This document shows positions 1 to 11,600 of a DNA stretch of 64,000 nucleotides, piece after piece. Source of the stretch: Dehalococcoidia bacterium (GTDB taxonomy: Bacteria > Chloroflexota > Dehalococcoidia > Lucifugimonadales > UBA3495). Below the pieces are notes generated by a model. It had not been told where the DNA came from, searched no databases, and saw nothing but the letters and a program-made list of their open reading frames with translations. The stretch lies in assembly GCA_965232885.1 (NCBI GenBank), contig CBDDQX010000002.1, positions 567,868-631,867 of the forward strand. The letters are read 5' to 3'. The translations under genes were made by a program, and so were the position numbers. Each line of letters opens with the position of its first letter. Position 1 is the stretch's first letter.

Positions 1-349
1 TGCTGGAAGGCACTTCCTGCTGAATCTCGCGGCCCATGCTGCCCAGAGGGTGCTGTCCCATCAGCAGCAGCACCGGGATGTTGTCGGCGTAGGCTCCGGC
101 GATGCCGGTCAGGGTGTTAGTGGCGCCCGGTCCGGTGCCGGTCAAGGCGACACCGACCTGCCCGGTGGCGCGGGCGTAGCCGTCGGCTATCTCGACGCCC
201 ATACGCTCGTGGCGGGCGGAGAAGACGGTTATCTGCTCAGATGCCCGCAGCGCAGGCCACAGGGGGGCTTCGCCGCCGCCCGCGAAACCGGAGATGTATC
301 GGACTCCTTCCTTTTCAAGAGCGTGGACTACTGCGTCGCCGCCTCTCAT
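1..349 (-). CDS. Thiamine pyrophosphate-binding protein (acetolactate synthase-like), N-terminal part; runs off the window edge
   Basis: Manual minus-strand translation MRGGDAVVHALEKEGVRYISGF...RHERMGVEIADGYARATG...GTGPGATN, the TPP enzyme N-terminal signature. Confidence 0.85.
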   Translation of the reverse strand, partial: MRGGDAVVHALEKEGVRYISGFAGGGEAPLWPALRASEQITVFSARHERMGVEIADGYARATGQVGVALTGTGPGATNTLTGIAGAYADNIPVLLLMGQHPLGSMGREIQQEVPSS

Positions 350-496
350 GGTCGTTCTCCCACCGTAGCGTTTATGTCTAGCGCAACGGGGGGATGATAC
401 GCCCGCCCCGGTTAGCGGTCAAGGCGAAGGTGAAGGGGAAAGGGAGGGAACGCTCGTAGTGAAGGCACGGAGGAGTTCGCCCGGACAGGCTCCGTT

Positions 497-1654
497 TCAG
501 TCCTGTATCGGCTCGTCGCGTTCGGGGAGAAGCATCACGGAAACCTGTCCCGTAGGCAAGCCAAGGGCAACGTCGGTCCCAATGACCGCTGCAACCGCTC
601 TGACTCCGGTCGCCCGGGCTAGAATATCCGCCCTTACTTCCGCCCTTTCAATATCGTCGGCATGGATGGTAATTGAGACCTCTGCGGCGATATAGACTGG
701 CTGACCGTCTTCATCCTGTCCTAGCAATATCAGGTCGGCAATCTCCAGTTCTTCAGACTCTTCATAGGTTATCAGGCCGCTAGACGAGGCGGCGCGAGCC
801 AAGGATGCCGCTTGCGAGAAGTCGTACCGGGACGACAGCAGATCAGCATTGATGATGTTGAGGTTTCTTCTTAGCAACCGCCGGGCCAATCTCGCGGCAA
901 AACCTTCGTAGTCTGTTCCCTTGAGTGACCTAACGTCGCCATCCATGCGGGTTACTCTTCTCTCTAATCGTTCATACCCGGTCTTGAGTTCTTTAACGTC
1001 AGCCCTGAGTTCCGAATACCCGGTCTTGAGTTCTTTAACGTCAGCGCTGAGTTCCGAATACCCGGTCTTGAGTTCTTTAACGTCAGCGCTGAGTTCCGAA
1101 TACCCGGTCTTGAGTTCTTTAACGTCAGCCCTGAGTTCCGAATACCCGCTCTTGAGTTCTTCAACGTCAGCCTTGAGTTCCGCTTGCCCGCCCCTGAGTT
1201 CCGCTTGCCCGGTCTTGAGTTCTTCAACGTCAGCCTTGAGTTCCGCTTGCCCGCCCCTGAGTTCCGCCTGTCCAGTCTTGAGTTCTTCAACGTCAGCCTT
1301 GAGTTCCGCTTGCCCGCCCCTGAGTTCCGCCTGTCCAGTCTTGAGTTCTTCAACGTCAGCCTTGAGTTCCGCTTGCCCGCCCCTGAGTTCCGCCTGCCCG
1401 GTCTTGAGTTCTTCAACGTCAGCCTTGAGTTCCGCTTGCCCTGCAATAAGTTCCGCTTGCCCGGTCTCCAGGGCTTCCAGCCTCCGGTTAACTGTGCGGA
1501 AGTTGTCGTTGGTGGCAGCCACGAACTCGGCGAATTTCTCCGGGAGTTCGAGCAGTTCGGGAGACAGCAGGATGCTCCTGAGAGCGTTGGCCCATTGGGG
1601 CTGTTGCTCAAGTATGCGTATCAGGTCGGTTATGTCGTTGATGGTGGTGGTCAT
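497..1654 (-). CDS. Coiled-coil heptad-repeat protein with a C-terminal PD-(D/E)xK-like domain
   Basis: Likely start MTTTINDITDL; central tandem heptads; C-terminal ADLILLG...AEVS resembles a restriction-fold nuclease motif. Confidence 0.65.
   Translation of the reverse strand: MTTTINDITDLIRILEQQPQWANALRSILLSPELLELPEKFAEFVAATNDNFRTVNRRLEALETGQAELIAGQAELKADVEELKTGQAELRGGQAELKADVEELKTGQAELRGGQAELKADVEELKTGQAELRGGQAELKADVEELKTGQAELRGGQAELKADVEELKSGYSELRADVKELKTGYSELSADVKELKTGYSELSADVKELKTGYSELRADVKELKTGYERLERRVTRMDGDVRSLKGTDYEGFAARLARRLLRRNLNIINADLLSSRYDFSQAASLARAASSSGLITYEESEELEIADLILLGQDEDGQPVYIAAEVSITIHADDIERAEVRADILARATGVRAVAAVIGTDVALGLPTGQVSVMLLPERDEPIQD
975..1466. repeat. Intragenic tandem repeat: five ~63-nt units plus four 42-nt units
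   Basis: Encodes (GQAELRGGQAELKADVEELKT)x5, first unit variant, then (GYSELxADVKELKT)x4. Confidence 0.95.
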
Positions 1655-1751
1655 AGCTTGCCGCGCCGGTTCAATCTCCCTAGCAGGATGGAACTCTTTG
1701 TTCCATTGTATCCTCTTTGCAGTTTGACGGGTAGGCCCTGACGGGCGGCTC

Positions 1752-4700
1752 CTATGCTGTCGCCAGCAGCGCCGCCACCGCCGTCTCGATCGCCTGCGCC
1801 GTCTCGCTGCCGGGCTGCCAGCCGTTGCGTATGCTGGAGCGGGCATTGGTGACGGTCAGCCAGTCCTCGCCGTTCAGCGCCGCCAGCTTGTTCAGCAGGG
1901 CCTTGCACTCTCGCTCTGCCGTCCGACCCAGACGGGACAGCGCGGCGTGGCTTTCGTTACCGGCGTCGTATTCCGGGATAGGCAGTTTCCACAGGTGCTT
2001 TTCCAAATCCCGCGCCCCGAAAAGACCCTTCGGCATAAAATGGCTAACTTCCCGCTCTAGAGTCCGGCTGTTGATAATTGCCAGGAGGTAGCGCGCTTCT
2101 TCTAAGTTTCGGCATGTTACCTGGTAGAGCTTGCGATCCAGAATCGCCTGGTTATCTACAATTAATGCCGCCGTAGGTCGCCCGCTCTGCGAATATGCGA
2201 TGCGTATCGGGCGACGGCGAAGAGGGCAGTTGTTCAATCTGTTGAGCCAGTCCTGATAGGCCATTTCGTCTTCATCGTTAACCCAAGCAAGATATTCCAG
2301 TTGGCTGGTGAGCTTGTTGAGCCAGTTCAGGTTTTGAGTCAGTGATTTGGTGTCGGTTTTGCCCCGGTTAGCCTCCCAGAGCCGCTCCATCTTCTCCCAA
2401 CGCGAGCGCATCCTGTCGTCCAGTTCCTGCTTGTCAACCTCGCAGGCGTCGTGGCGGATGAATCCGCTGGGCAATTCTTCGCAATCGGAATGGTCCAGCG
2501 TCATTTCCAATGTGGCTTTGCTTACCGGCAAAACGGCGATTAAAGGTGGAAGCGTAACGTAGGGAGCAATGGATTCACCAAGATACACGTTAAAGAGGTT
2601 GTCGCCACTCACCAGGTGCCCATCAAGCTCAGCGACGCTGTATGCCTTCTTGTCCAGCGAACCTTCGCGGGGATAGGTAGCGAAAGTGTCCGGCAAAGCG
2701 AACGGTCCTTCGTTGGGATGCACAGTAACGAAGAACAGGCGGCGGTCGGTTATGGTAGGGCCCTGGTTGGCAAAGGGTTCGTAAGGCGACCGGAGTGTGC
2801 CGTCATCGTGAATCAGGTCAGCCATTCTACGGCTAACTTGCGGGGTGCCGGTAGGGCCGCTCCAGATTTCTACTTGCCCAGGCGCGAGGGGTTTGGCCTC
2901 TTGCCCGTGGAGCACGGCGTCGCCCCGATAGCCGGGCATTTGAGCGAAAACTACGCAACTGGTTATGGGAAAGAAGTTGTTGGGGTTCAGGCTTTCCAAG
3001 TCCCATGCTGGCTTGATGCTGAAATCGAGGCTGATGGCTTGCTTGGCGGCGCGGGAACGGGAAGGGCGTTTGGTTTCGTAATAACCGCCCCGGAACTTGA
3101 GATGATGCCCGGTGCGCAGGACGCTGTGGGGCAGCACCATGCCGATTTTGCCTCTCCCTTTCAGGTACAACTCAGCTACGCGGACATAGAACAGCGTCGC
3201 CAGATCCTGGTGCGGTGAGTTAGGACCGCCGGCCCAAATCTGGTAGCGGCTCTGGCTCAACGACCTCAGTTCCTCGCGGATGATGTCGGCGCTCTGGTCA
3301 TAGGTCAGCCAGGGAGGGTTGCCGATGATGGCGTCAACTTTCTGTTGGGAGATAACCATGGGCCGGGTCATGTTGCGGAGATAGTAGGCCCAGACGTGGT
3401 TGCGGTTGTCGCGGTGCAGGGCCTGCATATCCGCGGCGACGGCGGACATGGTGTCACGCTCGGCGGGCTCGGTGACTTCGTGCCTGTCCAGCACACGCTG
3501 AAGATCGTCGCCCCGCTCGATGGCGCCGGACAGGTCTATCATCAGGTTGTCGAATTTCTCGGTTTGCCGGGCCAGGGAAAGGGGTATCTGGAAGCGGACG
3601 CTGCCGGTCTGTCCGGGCAGAGTCTCGCCGGTGTCCAGCGTTATGTAACCTTGGGCGTCCAGTTGGCTGTTGTCGTAGCGCAACTGCATCGAATCGCCCA
3701 AGTGAACCGGGGCAGTGATGGTCCCGCCGGACTGGCCGTCGCGGCGGGCGGCCATGATGACATCGTGGCAGGCTATAACCCAGGTGGCCTTGGCAAGCTG
3801 TACCGCCACGGGATGCAGGTCTATGCCAGCGATGTTCTCCTGCAATTTCGCCAGTTGCTCGCCGGGCGTCAAATCTCCGGCGTGGGCGATGAGGTGGCGG
3901 ACGGCGGCGGCGAGGAAAGTGCCGGAGCCGCAGGACGGGTCGAGAACCCGGGCGTTCACCGGGTCGTCTACCAGTTCTTCGGTGATGGCTTGGGCCAGCC
4001 AGGGCGGAGTGTAATACTCGCCCATTCGCTTGCGCTCGTCGGCGGTGATGGTGTTCTGGTAAAGGGTGGCGGCCAGATCGTCCGGGTTGTCCCGCCAGTC
4101 GAATTTCGCCACCTGCCGGGCGATGACGCCGAGATAGGAATGGTCGCCGGTTTCCAGCGTCCAGGTAAAAAGGTCGGACTCGGTGATTCCTTTCAGCCCG
4201 GTATGCTGGCGCAGGATTTCGCCGTTGAGCAGGTTGTCCGGCTCGGCTTCGGCGTAGCGTTCAACGTCAATGCCGAAGTGGGCCTGAACGATGACGCCGA
4301 CCAGGGCGGTGAGGTAGGTGTGGCGGACGTAGAGCCAGTCGTATTCCGGCGAATCGCCCACGGAGTTCTGGCCGATGGCGACCTGCAACAGCTCGCGCCA
4401 CAGCTTGCGCTTGACCGCGACGGTGGGGCTGTCGCGGTTCTCGCGGTGGGCCTCGGTCAGCAGGGCAGTGGCGGTCTTGAAGACATCACTGGCGGGGCCG
4501 AAATACTTGAGCAGGTTGTCAGCCGACGGCGTGATGCTTTCGGCTTGAGTGTCTATTATGTCGTACAGGTACTCATACAGACGGATGCCCTGTTGTGGGT
4601 TGTCAAAGACCCGGCGGTTCCTATCCACAGCGACGTCACGCTGGCCGTCGCCGACGGAGCGCTTGAGGTAATTCAGGCCGTCGGTGAGGATTCCGTTCTG

Positions 4701-5039
4701 GATGCCGTTGCCGGCCCTGGCGTTTTCAAGGATGTAGCCGTCCAGTTGCGCGATGGCTTCCGGGTCAATTGCGCCGCCGCTGATGATGCTGCGCTTGAAC
4801 TCAACGTAGGTGTTGCGCAGGTACAGGTCAACCTTGCGGCGGCTGTCAGCGGCGGGGCGTGTCTCGGTGACAATCTCGCTCTCATCGTCGGCGATGCCGG
4901 TGCGCAGCAGGAAATCGCGGAAAGCGCTGCGAATGTCGTTCTCGGACGCGCCGAGGCGGTGGCGCTCCAGCAGCTTGCCCAAGTATTCGCGGGCCAGCCT
5001 TTCGCGCCTTTCGCCGGTTACCGTGTCCGCTGTCGCCAC
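1752..5039 (-). CDS. Type IIG-like restriction-modification enzyme (N6-adenine MTase with N-terminal nuclease)
   Basis: GEYYTPPWLA, DPSCGSGTFL (motif I), GNPPW (motif IV); N-terminal VDLY...VEFK nuclease motif; GTG start assumed. Confidence 0.85.
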   Translation of the reverse strand: MATADTVTGERRERLAREYLGKLLERHRLGASENDIRSAFRDFLLRTGIADDESEIVTETRPAADSRRKVDLYLRNTYVEFKRSIISGGAIDPEAIAQLDGYILENARAGNGIQNGILTDGLNYLKRSVGDGQRDVAVDRNRRVFDNPQQGIRLYEYLYDIIDTQAESITPSADNLLKYFGPASDVFKTATALLTEAHRENRDSPTVAVKRKLWRELLQVAIGQNSVGDSPEYDWLYVRHTYLTALVGVIVQAHFGIDVERYAEAEPDNLLNGEILRQHTGLKGITESDLFTWTLETGDHSYLGVIARQVAKFDWRDNPDDLAATLYQNTITADERKRMGEYYTPPWLAQAITEELVDDPVNARVLDPSCGSGTFLAAAVRHLIAHAGDLTPGEQLAKLQENIAGIDLHPVAVQLAKATWVIACHDVIMAARRDGQSGGTITAPVHLGDSMQLRYDNSQLDAQGYITLDTGETLPGQTGSVRFQIPLSLARQTEKFDNLMIDLSGAIERGDDLQRVLDRHEVTEPAERDTMSAVAADMQALHRDNRNHVWAYYLRNMTRPMVISQQKVDAIIGNPPWLTYDQSADIIREELRSLSQSRYQIWAGGPNSPHQDLATLFYVRVAELYLKGRGKIGMVLPHSVLRTGHHLKFRGGYYETKRPSRSRAAKQAISLDFSIKPAWDLESLNPNNFFPITSCVVFAQMPGYRGDAVLHGQEAKPLAPGQVEIWSGPTGTPQVSRRMADLIHDDGTLRSPYEPFANQGPTITDRRLFFVTVHPNEGPFALPDTFATYPREGSLDKKAYSVAELDGHLVSGDNLFNVYLGESIAPYVTLPPLIAVLPVSKATLEMTLDHSDCEELPSGFIRHDACEVDKQELDDRMRSRWEKMERLWEANRGKTDTKSLTQNLNWLNKLTSQLEYLAWVNDEDEMAYQDWLNRLNNCPLRRRPIRIAYSQSGRPTAALIVDNQAILDRKLYQVTCRNLEEARYLLAIINSRTLEREVSHFMPKGLFGARDLEKHLWKLPIPEYDAGNESHAALSRLGRTAERECKALLNKLAALNGEDWLTVTNARSSIRNGWQPGSETAQAIETAVAALLATA

Positions 5040-5192
5040 GCCGTTGCCTCCTGGTGCCAGTGCGGGGATTCTAGCACAGGGGCAGAAGGCCGGGCGAGGG
5101 GCGATTGTCAGGGAATCCGGAATGACGCAAAGGCGCAAAGATGCTAAGGGGAGGGAATACATGCAAGTGTCCGGGCGTCTCGGCTTCTTTCT

Positions 5193-5221
5193 TGACCCTT
5201 ATATAGGGCGGGGGTATCATC
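5193..5221 (+). promoter_or_regulatory. Putative sigma70 promoter for the downstream TPP-enzyme operon
   Basis: TTGACC-17 nt-TATCAT. Confidence 0.5.
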
Positions 5222-5329
5222 CGAACCGCGGGGCGGGCCGGAATGCCGCCCTTTCCTTATAATAAGGGACGCGGGATAACAGGGGACACGGGAACATTGT
5301 AAGAGAATGAAGGCAGAGCAGGAGGCGGT

Positions 5330-7048
5330 ATGCCGACAGCCAGCGAGATGATTGTGCAGACTTTGGAGGAAGCCGGAGTCGAGTATGTCTTCGGCATACC
5401 CGGCGGGGGAACAGGGCAGATTTTCCAACTGCTCTATGGGCGGGAGGACCGCATCAAGACCATCCTGGTGCGGCACGAGCAGGCCGCCGCCATCATGGCC
5501 GACGCCTACGGGCGGGCCACGGGCAAGCCCGCGGTGGTCATGGGGCAAGGGCTGTTCATCGGCTCCAACGCCTCCTTCGGCATCATGGAGGCGATGCTGA
5601 GCAGCTCGCCGATGCTGGTGCTTACCGACACCTCCGACGGCGGTTCAGCCCAGCGTCCGGCCAACCAGTCGGGGGCCGGCGAGTACGGCAGCATAGACCT
5701 GCCTAACATCTTCAAGTCCATGAGTAAGTATACCGCCCTGGCTGCCAGTCCCAAGGAGGCGGTGCTGGCGACGCAGATGGCCATCAAGCACGCGATCAGC
5801 GGGCGGCCGGGGCCGTCGTCGGTGGTGATGCGGTCGGCCGCCATCGGCGGCGAGGTGGACGTGGAGTCGCCGCCCTTCATCCACAACGCCGCCGGGTTCC
5901 TGAACACCACCAAGCCGGAGAGCGCGCCATCGGACGTGCAGCGGGTCATCGAGATACTTTCGGAGTCGCGCCGCCCGGTGCTGGTGGCGGGCAACGGAGT
6001 CCACGTGGCACGCGCCCACGCGCAGTTGCAGGAACTGGCCGAATTGTGGGGTATGCCCGTTGCGACGTCATATAAAGGAAAGAGCGCCATCGCCGAGACG
6101 CATCCGCTGTCGGTCGGGATGGTCGGGACTTACGGACAGGCCGTCGCCAACCGGGTGGTGGGAGAGGCCGATACGGTCATTGTCGTGGGGGCGTTGCTCC
6201 GCTCGCAGGAAACCGTCCGCGAGCGTCCTGACATCTTCGACCCACGGCGGCAGCGCGTGGTGCAGATTGACATTGACGAGCGCAACGCCGGGTGGAGCTT
6301 CCCAGTGGAAATCGGACTGGTGGGCGACGCTGGCAGCATTCTCAATCAACTGGTGGCCGCGTCGAAAGAGGCTGCCGAGGCCAGCGCAGGTCAGCGCAGT
6401 GAGTGGACCGCCTCGATGGCGCCGCGAAAGGATGCGATGGCTTTCTATGATGACCCTGAGATGCACCGGGACAGCTCGCCGGTCACCCCGCAGCGGCTGG
6501 TATCCGTACTGAACGAAGTGTCTGACCCGTCCACAGTCTACGCGCTGGACGCGGGCAACAACCGGACGTGGATGGCGCACCTGTACCAAGCGCAGGAGGC
6601 GGCGACGTTCTACTGTCCGGGCGGAACGGCGGGCATGGGGTGGGCGCTGCCGGCGGCGGTGGGGCTGAAGCTGGTGTACCCTGACCGTCCGGTGACGGCT
6701 GTGACCGGCGACGGCGGATACATGATGACCGTCAACGCCCTGTCCACGGCGATGCAGTACGACCTGCCGATGACCTGCGTGGTCTTCAACGACAACGCGC
6801 TGGGGATGGTGCTGGACCACCAGCCGAGGGGGCAGGAAATTGCCTCGGAATTCTACCCGACGGACAACGCGGCCATAGCGCGGGGGTTCGGCTGCTTCGG
6901 GGTGCGCGTCGAGGACTCCCGCGACCTGCCGGACGCGCTGCGGGAGGCGCAGGCGTCAGGGCTGCCGGCCGTGGTGGACGTCGCCGTAGACCGCGAGCCC
7001 AGCCCGGACGACTGGCGCGCCGACGCCCGCCGCGCTGGCGAGACGTAG
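5330..7048 (+). CDS. Thiamine pyrophosphate-binding protein (acetolactate synthase large subunit-like)
   Basis: RHEQAAAIMADAYGRATG; GDGG...NDN TPP motif; RBS AGGAGG. Confidence 0.9.
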   Translation: MPTASEMIVQTLEEAGVEYVFGIPGGGTGQIFQLLYGREDRIKTILVRHEQAAAIMADAYGRATGKPAVVMGQGLFIGSNASFGIMEAMLSSSPMLVLTDTSDGGSAQRPANQSGAGEYGSIDLPNIFKSMSKYTALAASPKEAVLATQMAIKHAISGRPGPSSVVMRSAAIGGEVDVESPPFIHNAAGFLNTTKPESAPSDVQRVIEILSESRRPVLVAGNGVHVARAHAQLQELAELWGMPVATSYKGKSAIAETHPLSVGMVGTYGQAVANRVVGEADTVIVVGALLRSQETVRERPDIFDPRRQRVVQIDIDERNAGWSFPVEIGLVGDAGSILNQLVAASKEAAEASAGQRSEWTASMAPRKDAMAFYDDPEMHRDSSPVTPQRLVSVLNEVSDPSTVYALDAGNNRTWMAHLYQAQEAATFYCPGGTAGMGWALPAAVGLKLVYPDRPVTAVTGDGGYMMTVNALSTAMQYDLPMTCVVFNDNALGMVLDHQPRGQEIASEFYPTDNAAIARGFGCFGVRVEDSRDLPDALREAQASGLPAVVDVAVDREPSPDDWRADARRAGET

Positions 7049-7062
7049 GCAAAGAGGGAGGA

Positions 7063-7626
7063 ATGATGACTACTCTGCAAACCGGAACCAAACTTACCTA
7101 CGAGGAATATCTGGAAACACCAGAGACAATGGTTCGCTGCGAAGTCGTGGATGGTGAGGTAATAATGGCTGGCCCCAGCCTCTATCACCAGATAATTTCG
7201 GGAAACATCAACGAGCCGCTCAGGGTATTCGTTCGCAACAATCGGTTAGGGCGTGTAGTTTATGCTCCCGTCGACGTTATCGTTCGGCGCGACCCCTTGC
7301 GAGTACGGCAACCTGATCTACTGTTCGTTAGCAACGAGCGAGCAGACATCATGGGCGAGCGGATTGAGGGCGGTCCTGACCTTGTAGTAGAAATCATTTC
7401 GCCCAGCAACACCCGGTCCGAAATAGATGCCAGGTTAGCCGATTACAGCGACCTCCAGGTCCGCGAGTGCTGGCTGGTCTACCCTCAGCTCCACGCCGTC
7501 GAGGTGCTCCAGATGGAGGGCGGCCAATGGAGTCGGGTATACATCCGCGGTGCTGGTGAGACAATCGAGTCGGCCGTACTTCCCGGGCTAGAGTTGGACA
7601 TCGCTGGGATTTTCGAGGGCGAATAA
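7063..7626 (+). CDS. Uma2 family endonuclease
   Basis: QPDLLFVS...PDLVVEIISPSN motifs. Confidence 0.9.
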   Translation: MMTTLQTGTKLTYEEYLETPETMVRCEVVDGEVIMAGPSLYHQIISGNINEPLRVFVRNNRLGRVVYAPVDVIVRRDPLRVRQPDLLFVSNERADIMGERIEGGPDLVVEIISPSNTRSEIDARLADYSDLQVRECWLVYPQLHAVEVLQMEGGQWSRVYIRGAGETIESAVLPGLELDIAGIFEGE

Positions 7627-7672
7627 CTCCGGAAACCCGAGGCAATTGACCCGAAATAAGGAGAATCGAGCA

Positions 7673-8440
7673 ATGGCGGGATTGCTGGAAGGGAAGGTTT
7701 CGCTGGTTACGGGCGCAGGATCGGGCATCGGACGGGCGACGTCGCTGGTCATGGCGCGAGAGGGAGCGACCCTCGTGGTCTCCGATATAAACGCGGACGG
7801 GGCAGAAGAAACCCTGAGCGCCATCAAGGAGGCGGGCGGCGACGGGATATTCGTCCACGCCGACGTTTCGCGGCCCGACGACGTGGCCGCGTTGGTATCC
7901 CAAGTGGTGTCGGCCTACGGGCGGCTGGACTGCGCCTACAACAACGCCGGTGTGGAAGGCTTCATGGCCGGGCGTCTCCATGAATACCCGGAAGACCAGT
8001 GGGACCGGCTGATGGACGTCAATCTGAAAGGCGTGTGGCTCTGCCTGAAGCATGAAATACCGCAGATGATTCAGCAGGGCGGCGGCGCAATCGTCAACAC
8101 CGCATCGGCAGCGGGACTGGTGGGGTCGCGGCGGCTATCGGCCTACGTTGCCAGCAAGCACGCGGTGGTCGGGCTGACCAAGGCCGCCGCGCTGGAATAC
8201 GCCCGCGACGGCATCCGGGTGAACGCCGTTTGCCCCGGCATCATTGACACGCCCATGGTGGGGCGGCTTATCGGAGGTCGCGACGCGGACTACGAGGCCA
8301 CCATCCCGGCGCGCCAACCGATCGGGCGGTTGGGAACGCCGGAGGAAATCGCTGAGTCGGTGGCCTGGCTGTGCTCGGACGCCGCTTCGCTGGTCACCGG
8401 GCTGGCGATGGCGGTGGACGGCGGGTTCACGGCACAGTAG
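7673..8440 (+). CDS. Short-chain dehydrogenase/reductase
   Basis: TGAGSGIG, NNAG, YVASKH. Confidence 0.92.
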   Translation: MAGLLEGKVSLVTGAGSGIGRATSLVMAREGATLVVSDINADGAEETLSAIKEAGGDGIFVHADVSRPDDVAALVSQVVSAYGRLDCAYNNAGVEGFMAGRLHEYPEDQWDRLMDVNLKGVWLCLKHEIPQMIQQGGGAIVNTASAAGLVGSRRLSAYVASKHAVVGLTKAAALEYARDGIRVNAVCPGIIDTPMVGRLIGGRDADYEATIPARQPIGRLGTPEEIAESVAWLCSDAASLVTGLAMAVDGGFTAQ

Positions 8441-8639
8441 CTTTCGTGCTTGCATCGCCGGATGTTCGTTGGACGGGGTATGCGGGCGATGATAGTATAG
8501 GGGCCGAACTGGAGAAGCGGGGTATTGGCCCTTCCTTAATATGCAGGCAAAGTTGCTGCTAGCTGCGATTTCGCCGCCACCCCAACCCTCTCGATAGATG
8601 GAGAGGGAGAATTAAGAAGCCCCGCGCCCGGAGGACTGC

Positions 8640-11600
8640 TTGGCCGACACGCTGGAAATTCTGGACTTGCCGGAAACCGGGCAGGTCCAGCTTTCATTCA
8701 TTCACGATTCAGGCATTAAAGAATCGGGCACTGACGAATCGGGCAGACGCGAAAGCGCTCCCGCCGTTTCTTTCCCATTCCCGCTGACAGATTCCGAGCT
8801 TCTGGAGATAGCCTGGTTCTTCACAGAATTCGGCCATGATCCTTTCGGTGAGTCCCGCGCCCGGGCAGAGGCCGTGGAGTCGGGACTTCGCGACCTCGGC
8901 AGGCTGATGATGGAGACCTTGTTCCGATCCAGCGCCGAGGCAACCGGGATGTTAGAGCGCATCGTCTCGGGGCAGATCCCTGCCTTTCGATTGTCCGTTG
9001 TTTCGTCACGGCCGGAGTTTCTATCGCTGCCGTGGGAGCTGTTGAACAGTCCCGATGTCGGCTACCTGGTCTCTCGCGCAACCGGGGTGGCGCGTCACTC
9101 AACGGCCTTCGGGGACCTGCCACTGATAGACGATCTCAGCCAAACGGACTCACGTTTCAATGTCCTGATGTTATGTCCCGAAAGCGCCGGAGGAATCTCA
9201 ACTGAAGCCTTGGCAGCTATGGAATCGCTGGCAGTGGACGTTTCTCTGGACTGCCTGCGTCCTACAAGCGTAGAGGCGTTAGAGGAGCATCTGGCTGAAC
9301 GGGCGGGCCACTACCACCTCATACATCTCGACGGCATTGAAATTGGCGACGCGGGTGAGTCGCTGCAAGACATTGGTCCGGTGTTGCGGGTTGCGGAGGC
9401 CATTGCAAATTCCCGCACTCCCGTTGTCTTGATGACTTGCTCGACGTTGGGGTATTTCCATATAGCGGCGGAGACCATGGCCCGCGCCGGAATCCCAGAG
9501 GTGACCGTCGCACCGGCCCCGCTGGGCGGAGCCGGACGCAAGCTGTTCGCTGACGCCTTCTACCCTGGCATAGCCGCCGGCGATGGGGCCGCCAACGCGG
9601 TCGCCTTGGCCCGCCGCGCTCTCATGGAGCATCCGCATCGCCCGTCCAACGCAGGACCGATGGTGTCATGGGACTGGATTTCTCCGCTGGTATACCAGTC
9701 TGCGCGATATACAGCGGTGGCAATTAAGCCCGAGGAACCGGAAGCGGCGATACCAGGAATGCTGCCCGCCACGCCGGAAGCGCCGCCGCGTCAGCTTCCC
9801 CGGGGCGGCCCCTACGGACTGATGGGCCGCCGCCGGGAAATCCTGGAACTGGAACGGGCGCTAGGGGACAACGCGGTCGTGCTGCTCAGTGGAGCGGTAG
9901 GCGTCGGCAAGTCTGAAATTGCCCTGGGTATTGCCGCGTGGCTGGAAAAGAGCGGCGGCAGGCCCGACGGAGTGTTTCATACCAACTTCGACGTGGGCGC
10001 GGGTCTGGACAAGGCGCTGCACGAGGTTGGCACGGCACTGGCCGGGCTGGAGTTCGGCGACCTGCCTTCCGCAGCGCGGCGCAACTGGCTGCTGGGCTAC
10101 CTGCGAGAACACCAATCACTGCTGGTTTGGGACGGCGTAGAGAATCTAGCGGGTTTTCCCAACGCAGGGACGGGGCTGCTGGATGATGGCGAGTTGACAG
10201 AGCTGGATGAGTTTCTGTCGGAGCTGGCCGCCGAGGGCGGAAATTCACAAGTTCTGCTAATCAGCCGCCGAGAGTCTGAGCCTTGGCTGTCCACTACCCA
10301 CGGGAGCTATTTACTGAAGGGACTTGCCGGTCAAGACAGGATGGAGTTCGCCACTCGTCTGATAGAGGAGTGCGGCATTGACCCGGCACGGTTGGGGCCG
10401 GAGTTCATCGAGCTGCTGGACTTGGTGGAAGGCCATCCACTGGCGATGGAAGTGGCGATACCGTTGCTGAAGGACGTTCCGGCGTCGGTGCTGGTTGCGG
10501 AGCTGCGCCGCGAAATCGAATCATACCAGCCGGGGCCCGGAGAAGAGAGCCGCCCGCCTTACCTGACGGTGGCGCTGGACCACGCCTTCGGACGGATGCC
10601 CCGCCGTAGCCGGACGCATCTGCCCTTCCTCTCGCTGTTCCGCAGCCGGGTGATGATGGACATACTGACGCATATCACCCAAGAGAACCTCTATCGCACG
10701 GTGATAGGCGAGCAACTGGGCTGGGGGGCTTGTCGCACTCTGCTGCGCTCTGCGCGAGAAGGGGGCTTCCTTGAACCCATCACGCCCAGCGTATACCAGA
10801 TTCACCCGGCAATGGGGTGGTTCTACGGGCGGGCTCTGTACCGTCAACTGTCGCCAGCCCGCGTAGCCGAGCTGGAAAACGAGTTCGTACGGGTCTATGC
10901 GGACACCGCCGACTACTTTATGGAAACCCTCTATGAAAACCAGGAGTCCGGCACCAACGCCATCCTTGCCGAGGAAGGGAACCTGACCCAAGCCCTGGCC
11001 CTGTCGCTGGAATCCGGGCAATGGGACAACGCACAACTGCTGACCCAGCCGCTGGCGCAGGTATACCGGATGCAAAAGCGCTACCCGGAGTTGCGCCGCC
11101 TGCGCCGTCAACTGTTGGACGTGACAGGAGTCACCGCCGCCGAGGCAGAGGCCAACGGCGCTACCGAGCTGTGGCTCTATCTGCTGGGTACCGAGGCATC
11201 TGAGTGCATCGAGACTAGCGAACTGGGGCGGGCCGACGAACTGAACCGGCAACTGCTGGACTATTTCGAGTCGCAGGCGGACGCCGGGAACGATCCCCGG
11301 ACGGCTGCCGTATATCACCAGATGGGTGAGGTCGCACTGAAACGCTGGCAGCTTGACCCGGCGGAGGAGTGGTACACCAAATCGCTGGCAATCATTGAGT
11401 CCGGAGAAGACCGGGCATCGGTGGCCGATGACTACTACGGCATGGGGCTGGTGCGCCAGTACCAGCGCCGCTACACGGAGGCGCGGGACTGGTTCTCAAA
11501 GTCGCTGGACATTCACCAACGGCTGGAAGACGTTGAGGAGATGGTGAAGGACTACCGGTCTCTTGGACTTTGCGCCCAGTTCCGCTTCGAATACCAGGAG

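Noticed and set aside
975..1466. Possible CRISPR array
   Set aside because: Repeats are contiguous with no unique spacers, are multiples of 21 nt inside an ORF, and no cas genes are present.
3345..5147. 600-aa plus-strand ORF, and many similar long antisense ORFs (e.g. 921-1727, 22814-23770, 25277-26200, 55931-56800)
   Set aside because: Shadow frames opposite well-supported genes in GC-rich DNA; no recognisable motifs.
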